DNA of 38,009 bases from a virus: IMG/VR virus record IMGVR_UViG_3300033475_000089; one strand, given 5' to 3'. This document shows, in pieces, positions 34,456-38,009 of the stretch. Each line of letters starts with the position of its first letter. The stretch's first letter is position 1. A model generated the notes under the pieces. The model searched no databases. It had not been told where the DNA came from and was given only the letters and a program-made list of their open reading frames with translations. A program made the position numbers and the translations under genes.

Positions 34456-35178
34456 ATGCCTTTAAATAATAATGCGCTTAACGGCACGCGCAATAATATA
34501 GCCTACGTTGGAGTAAATGCCCCAACTCCCCCTAATACGCTTCAAGTTGCTCGCGCGCCTGGCGTACAAGACAAAAAGAATGTATATCAGGGAGACTTTT
34601 GGCTTGATACAACAACTAAAAGTATGTATGTATACCTTGGCAATGATAGTTCAGGTAATGCTTTATGGGAGCTTATAACATCAGCTACGGGTGATGTGGT
34701 AACACTTTCTGATACCGCAGGTACTTTAGTTACACCAACTGGTGCTGGTAATATACAAATTATTGGTGATACAACTTCAGGCATAACAGTAACTGCGGGT
34801 ACACATACCCTCACTATAGCTAATGCTAATAATATTATTGGTACAGCACAAACAATAGGTGCAACTACCGCTACGCTTATTTCTGTGCCTATTTTGGCAA
34901 ACCGTGCGGTTTCTGCTGTTGTTAATATTGCAGGTGCGCGTGCTGATTATTCAGCAAGTTATGCAGCAACCGGTAATGCTGGTTACAATCGCCAAGCTGG
35001 TGCGTTGAATGTCTTGCCTAACGTTGTAATTAGTCCTACCTATACAGCTGGTATTGTAGGAACTATAGGTGCAAACCTTATCACTAGTGGTAATAATGTC
35101 ATTTTACAAGTTACTGGTGAAGCAGGGCAAACATGGAACTGGTCTGCATCAGCTGAAGTAATTGTTGTAAGCGCTTAA
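34456..35178 (+). CDS. Tail fibre or spike protein
   Basis: 240 aa with a Thr/Gly/Ala/Asn-rich beta-type composition. Preceded by GGAGAGTAGTAATG. Confidence 0.7.
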   Translation: MPLNNNALNGTRNNIAYVGVNAPTPPNTLQVARAPGVQDKKNVYQGDFWLDTTTKSMYVYLGNDSSGNALWELITSATGDVVTLSDTAGTLVTPTGAGNIQIIGDTTSGITVTAGTHTLTIANANNIIGTAQTIGATTATLISVPILANRAVSAVVNIAGARADYSASYAATGNAGYNRQAGALNVLPNVVISPTYTAGIVGTIGANLITSGNNVILQVTGEAGQTWNWSASAEVIVVSA

Positions 35179-35193
35179 TTTAAAGGAAAATAG

Positions 35194-35946
35194 ATGGCAA
35201 AGCTTGGATTACAAGGCTTAAATAATAATGCCTTTGCTTATTTTGAATCAACGGGCTCTAAATCACTAGCCGTTGGTATGGTTGATACGACTGGTAACTA
35301 TGTAGTAGTTCCTAGTCTTTCAACTGGTGCTACTCCTGCTGGTACGTATGTTATGCAGATCGAGAATGCTGCAAACGGTAATGTGAATATTACTCCCAAC
35401 GGATCAGGTAGATTTATAACTACTAATGAGACAGTTACAACTGGCCTTACACTTGGCTATGCAACTCAGGGCGTATTACAAACAGATGCTGTCGGTGTAG
35501 TAACTTCATCAACTGGTACTGATGGTCAAATTCTCATTAACAACACTGCGACTGGTGTAGCTTCATGGGCCAATATCACCGCTGGTGCTAATATCACCAT
35601 TACTAATGCCGCAAATGCTATAACCATTGATGCTAATGCTGGAGCAATTACCTATAACTACACAGGTATTACCGATGCAGATTCTCCCTACACTGCTACA
35701 GCTACTGATGATGTTATTGGGGTTGATTGTAGTGCTGCAATAGTAACGGTATTGCTTCCTGATGCTCCTGCAACTGGACGCAGCTTTATTATCAAGGATT
35801 TCACTGGCTCAGCAAATACTTTTAACATAACATTATCAACCCCTGGTGGCGTGGTGCTTATAGATGCTGCCGCTACGTATGTTATGAACACAAATTATCA
35901 ATCCGTACAAGTTATCTTTAATGGTACCAAGTATATGATCGTCTAA
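35194..35946 (+). CDS. Tail fibre protein sharing its C-terminal domain with 36863..37405
   Basis: 250 aa. GTDGQILINNTATGVASWANITAGANITIT module. The C-terminal ~95 aa are colinear with the C-terminus of 36863 (LPDAPATGRSFIIKDFTGSANTFNIT... versus LPNAPSTGRVFVVKDFAGTAAAFNIT...). Confidence 0.8.
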   Translation: MAKLGLQGLNNNAFAYFESTGSKSLAVGMVDTTGNYVVVPSLSTGATPAGTYVMQIENAANGNVNITPNGSGRFITTNETVTTGLTLGYATQGVLQTDAVGVVTSSTGTDGQILINNTATGVASWANITAGANITITNAANAITIDANAGAITYNYTGITDADSPYTATATDDVIGVDCSAAIVTVLLPDAPATGRSFIIKDFTGSANTFNITLSTPGGVVLIDAAATYVMNTNYQSVQVIFNGTKYMIV

Positions 35947-35964
35947 TGATTTTAAAGGATTAAA

Positions 35965-36852
35965 ATGTCATTCTTACAAGCAAGCCCTCTCAATTTGAAT
36001 CTTGAAGGTTCAAGCTCTCCATACCCGTCGGTATTGACGGTAAATGGTACTGATTTTGTTGGTGTACCATTGCAAAATACCTATGTTGGACTGCAAGCGG
36101 GTAATATAGCGGCGAATCTTGGCGGCAATTACAATACGGCAATTGGCTATCAAAGTGGCGCGGCCATAACGTCATCTAATTATTCAACCTATATGGGCAG
36201 ACAAGCAGGTCAATCGAGTGATGCAGACTTTAACACCTGTATTGGTTATCTTGCTGGTCAAGGGGTATTTGGTGCACAAAATACTGCATTAGGTGCTGAA
36301 ACTCTATCAGGATTTGGTATTACCTTTAACGGTACATTCAATACAGCTATTGGTAGAGCAGCAGGTGCAAACTATCAAACAACTGAATCTAATAATGCTT
36401 TGTTTAATAGCCCTGGCGTGACTGGTGAATCTAACGTATTACGTTTAGGTAACCCTGGTGCGGGTGCAGGCCAACAAAGTAAAGCTTTCATAGCTGGTGT
36501 GTATGGCGTTACTACAACCTCTGCAACTACATCTGCTGTATTAGTTTCTGATGGTCATCAACTTGGTACTATAGCTTCGTCTATACGCTTTAAAAAAGAT
36601 GTAGCTGATATGGGTGAAACTTCATCAGCAATGATGCAGCTCCGTCCAGTTACGTTTAAATACAAGTCACATACAGATGATGTACTCCAATATGGTCTTA
36701 TAGCTGAAGAAGTACAACAAGTTATGCCTGGTATTGTTAACTTAGATCAAGAAGGTAATCCATTTACGGTACGGTACCATGATTTGGTACCAATGCTCTT
36801 GAATGAGTTGCAGAAACTGGCTGCTCGAGTTACAGAACTAGAAGCTAAATAG
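35965..36852 (+). CDS. Tail fibre with YadA-head-like NTAIG repeats and a C-terminal S74 intramolecular chaperone domain
   Basis: 295 aa. Repeats NTAIGYQSG, NTCIGYLAG, NTALGAET and NTAIGRAAG. The C-terminus SSIRFKKDV...VTFKYK...QYGLIAEEV...VRYHDLVPMLLNELQKL matches the endosialidase-chaperone (peptidase S74) pattern. Confidence 0.8.
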   Translation: MSFLQASPLNLNLEGSSSPYPSVLTVNGTDFVGVPLQNTYVGLQAGNIAANLGGNYNTAIGYQSGAAITSSNYSTYMGRQAGQSSDADFNTCIGYLAGQGVFGAQNTALGAETLSGFGITFNGTFNTAIGRAAGANYQTTESNNALFNSPGVTGESNVLRLGNPGAGAGQQSKAFIAGVYGVTTTSATTSAVLVSDGHQLGTIASSIRFKKDVADMGETSSAMMQLRPVTFKYKSHTDDVLQYGLIAEEVQQVMPGIVNLDQEGNPFTVRYHDLVPMLLNELQKLAARVTELEAK

Positions 36853-36862
36853 AGGAGCTACA

Positions 36863-37405
36863 ATGGCATATAAAAGGCAAAGTCCCATCCCTGTTAATGA
36901 GGGTGGGACTGGCGCTCAAACACTAACCGACCATGGTGTATTACTGGGTAATACTACTTCAGCAATAACAGCAACTTCAGCTGGCACGGATGGCCAATTG
37001 CTAATCTCTGCAACAGCTGGTGCGCCGGCATTTGCCACAGTAACTGCAGGTGCTAATATTACACTTACACCAGGTGCGAATAGTCTGACCATAGCGGCAA
37101 ATGCTACATCACAAGTTGTAGGATATGTAAATACATCTACTACTCCTTATGTCGTTGCTGCTTCTGATTATTTTATTTCTATGAATTCTACGGGTGCTAT
37201 AAAAACGGTACAGCTGCCAAATGCTCCCTCAACAGGCAGAGTATTTGTAGTAAAGGATTTTGCAGGAACTGCTGCTGCTTTTAATATTACGGTGACCACG
37301 GTAGGTGGCGTAGTAAATATAGATGGTGCCACTACATTTGTTATGAATAGCGCGTATCAATCGGTTAATGTGATATTTAACGGTACTTCATACGAAATTT
37401 ATTAG
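36863..37405 (+). CDS. Tail fibre protein, MAYK-type N-terminus
   Basis: 180 aa. N-terminus MAYKRQSPIPVNEGGTGAQTLT, middle module GTDGQLLISATAGAPAFATVTAGANITLT, and a C-terminal domain shared with 35194..35946. Confidence 0.8.
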   Translation: MAYKRQSPIPVNEGGTGAQTLTDHGVLLGNTTSAITATSAGTDGQLLISATAGAPAFATVTAGANITLTPGANSLTIAANATSQVVGYVNTSTTPYVVAASDYFISMNSTGAIKTVQLPNAPSTGRVFVVKDFAGTAAAFNITVTTVGGVVNIDGATTFVMNSAYQSVNVIFNGTSYEIY

Positions 37406-37413
37406 GAATTGTA

Positions 37414-37914
37414 ATGGCTTATAAACGAATTAGTCCTATGCCCGTATCTGAAGGAGGTACGGGCGCGAGCACCTTAACCGGGCTTTTGATTGGCGCAGGT
37501 ACATCAGCTATAACAACTGCAACCTATACAACTTCTACTAGCTGGACACCAGTCTTGCAATTCGGCGGTGGTTCGACAGGTATTACGTATAGTACGCAAC
37601 TGGGAAGATATATACAAATAGGCAACCTTGTATATATACAAATAAGTATGGTATTGACCAATAAAGGATCGTCAACAGGAGCAGCTACGATAGCAATTTC
37701 AGGACCACCGGCAGCTGGCGGAACAATATCGATAGTTCCTTTAGCATGGCGCGTGCAAACATTAACTTTCAGTACGATGCCTGTGATTACCATCAGCGGT
37801 TCTTCTATAATATTTGAACAAGTAGCTACTGGAGGCGCAGCTTCTGCACTGCAGGACACAGATTTTGCAAATACAACGAATATTCAGTTTGCTGGCTGTT
37901 ATTTAGTAGCGTAG
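37414..37914 (+). CDS. Tail fibre family protein, MAYK-type N-terminus, tandem paralogue of 42..554
   Basis: 166 aa. See 42..554. On the circular map the two genes are adjacent. Confidence 0.8.
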   Translation: MAYKRISPMPVSEGGTGASTLTGLLIGAGTSAITTATYTTSTSWTPVLQFGGGSTGITYSTQLGRYIQIGNLVYIQISMVLTNKGSSTGAATIAISGPPAAGGTISIVPLAWRVQTLTFSTMPVITISGSSIIFEQVATGGAASALQDTDFANTTNIQFAGCYLVA

Positions 37915-38009
37915 GATAGGACTATGGCATATAAACAAAAAAAGCCAGTTTTAGTAACTGAAGGTGGTTTAAATACAACAACACTAACTTCTGGTCAAAT
38001 AGTTGTTGG
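37883..38009. repeat. Terminal direct repeat, right copy. It contains a duplicate of the first 86 nt of the CDS at 42..554.
   Basis: Identical to 1-127. A length of 127 is a common assembler k-mer size, so this is more likely a circularisation overlap than a physical DTR. Confidence 0.95.

Noticed and set aside
37414-38009. Diversity-generating retroelement targeting the divergent C-termini of the paralogous fibres
   Set aside because: There is no reverse transcriptase gene. No template/variable repeat pair with adenine-specific mismatches was found anywhere in the genome. The divergence looks like ordinary paralogue drift or module exchange.
1-38009. tRNA genes, rRNA genes and CRISPR arrays
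   Set aside because: I saw no cloverleaf-compatible segments or GTTCGAATC-type T-loops outside coding sequence. There are no regularly spaced direct repeats with unique spacers. The only tandem repeat is the 10-bp unit at 31451-77.

Overview
The window is a complete, circularly closed dsDNA tailed-phage genome. Bases 1-127 are repeated exactly at 37883-38009, so the unique length is about 37,882 bp. No tRNA, rRNA, CRISPR array, integrase or DNA polymerase was recognised.

Layout:
- 758-3841 (minus strand): early operon that includes an ERF recombinase.
- 3885-3957: divergent sigma70-like promoters.
- 3983-8551 (plus strand): early/middle genes, namely a Cro-like HTH protein, SSB, RusA, a possible TerS, and a run of Cys-rich mini-proteins.
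- 8575-16975: packaging and head module, with TerL, portal, small basic proteins, a C1q-like protein and a scaffold-like protein.
- 17080-19860: accessory island with tandem DUF551 genes, an autonomous promoter-to-terminator membrane-protein cassette, and an HNH endonuclease.
- 19863-22044: the major capsid gene.
- 22058-31349: virion and tail genes.
- 31571 through the circular junction to 554: a mosaic tail-fibre cassette.

Strongest finding: the N4-type major capsid protein gene is split into four exons by three related group I introns. One exon is only 27 nt long. The middle intron carries a LAGLIDADG homing endonuclease gene on the antisense strand.

All functional calls rest on motif recognition by eye and on gene order. 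Intron boundaries are good to about +/-2 nt.
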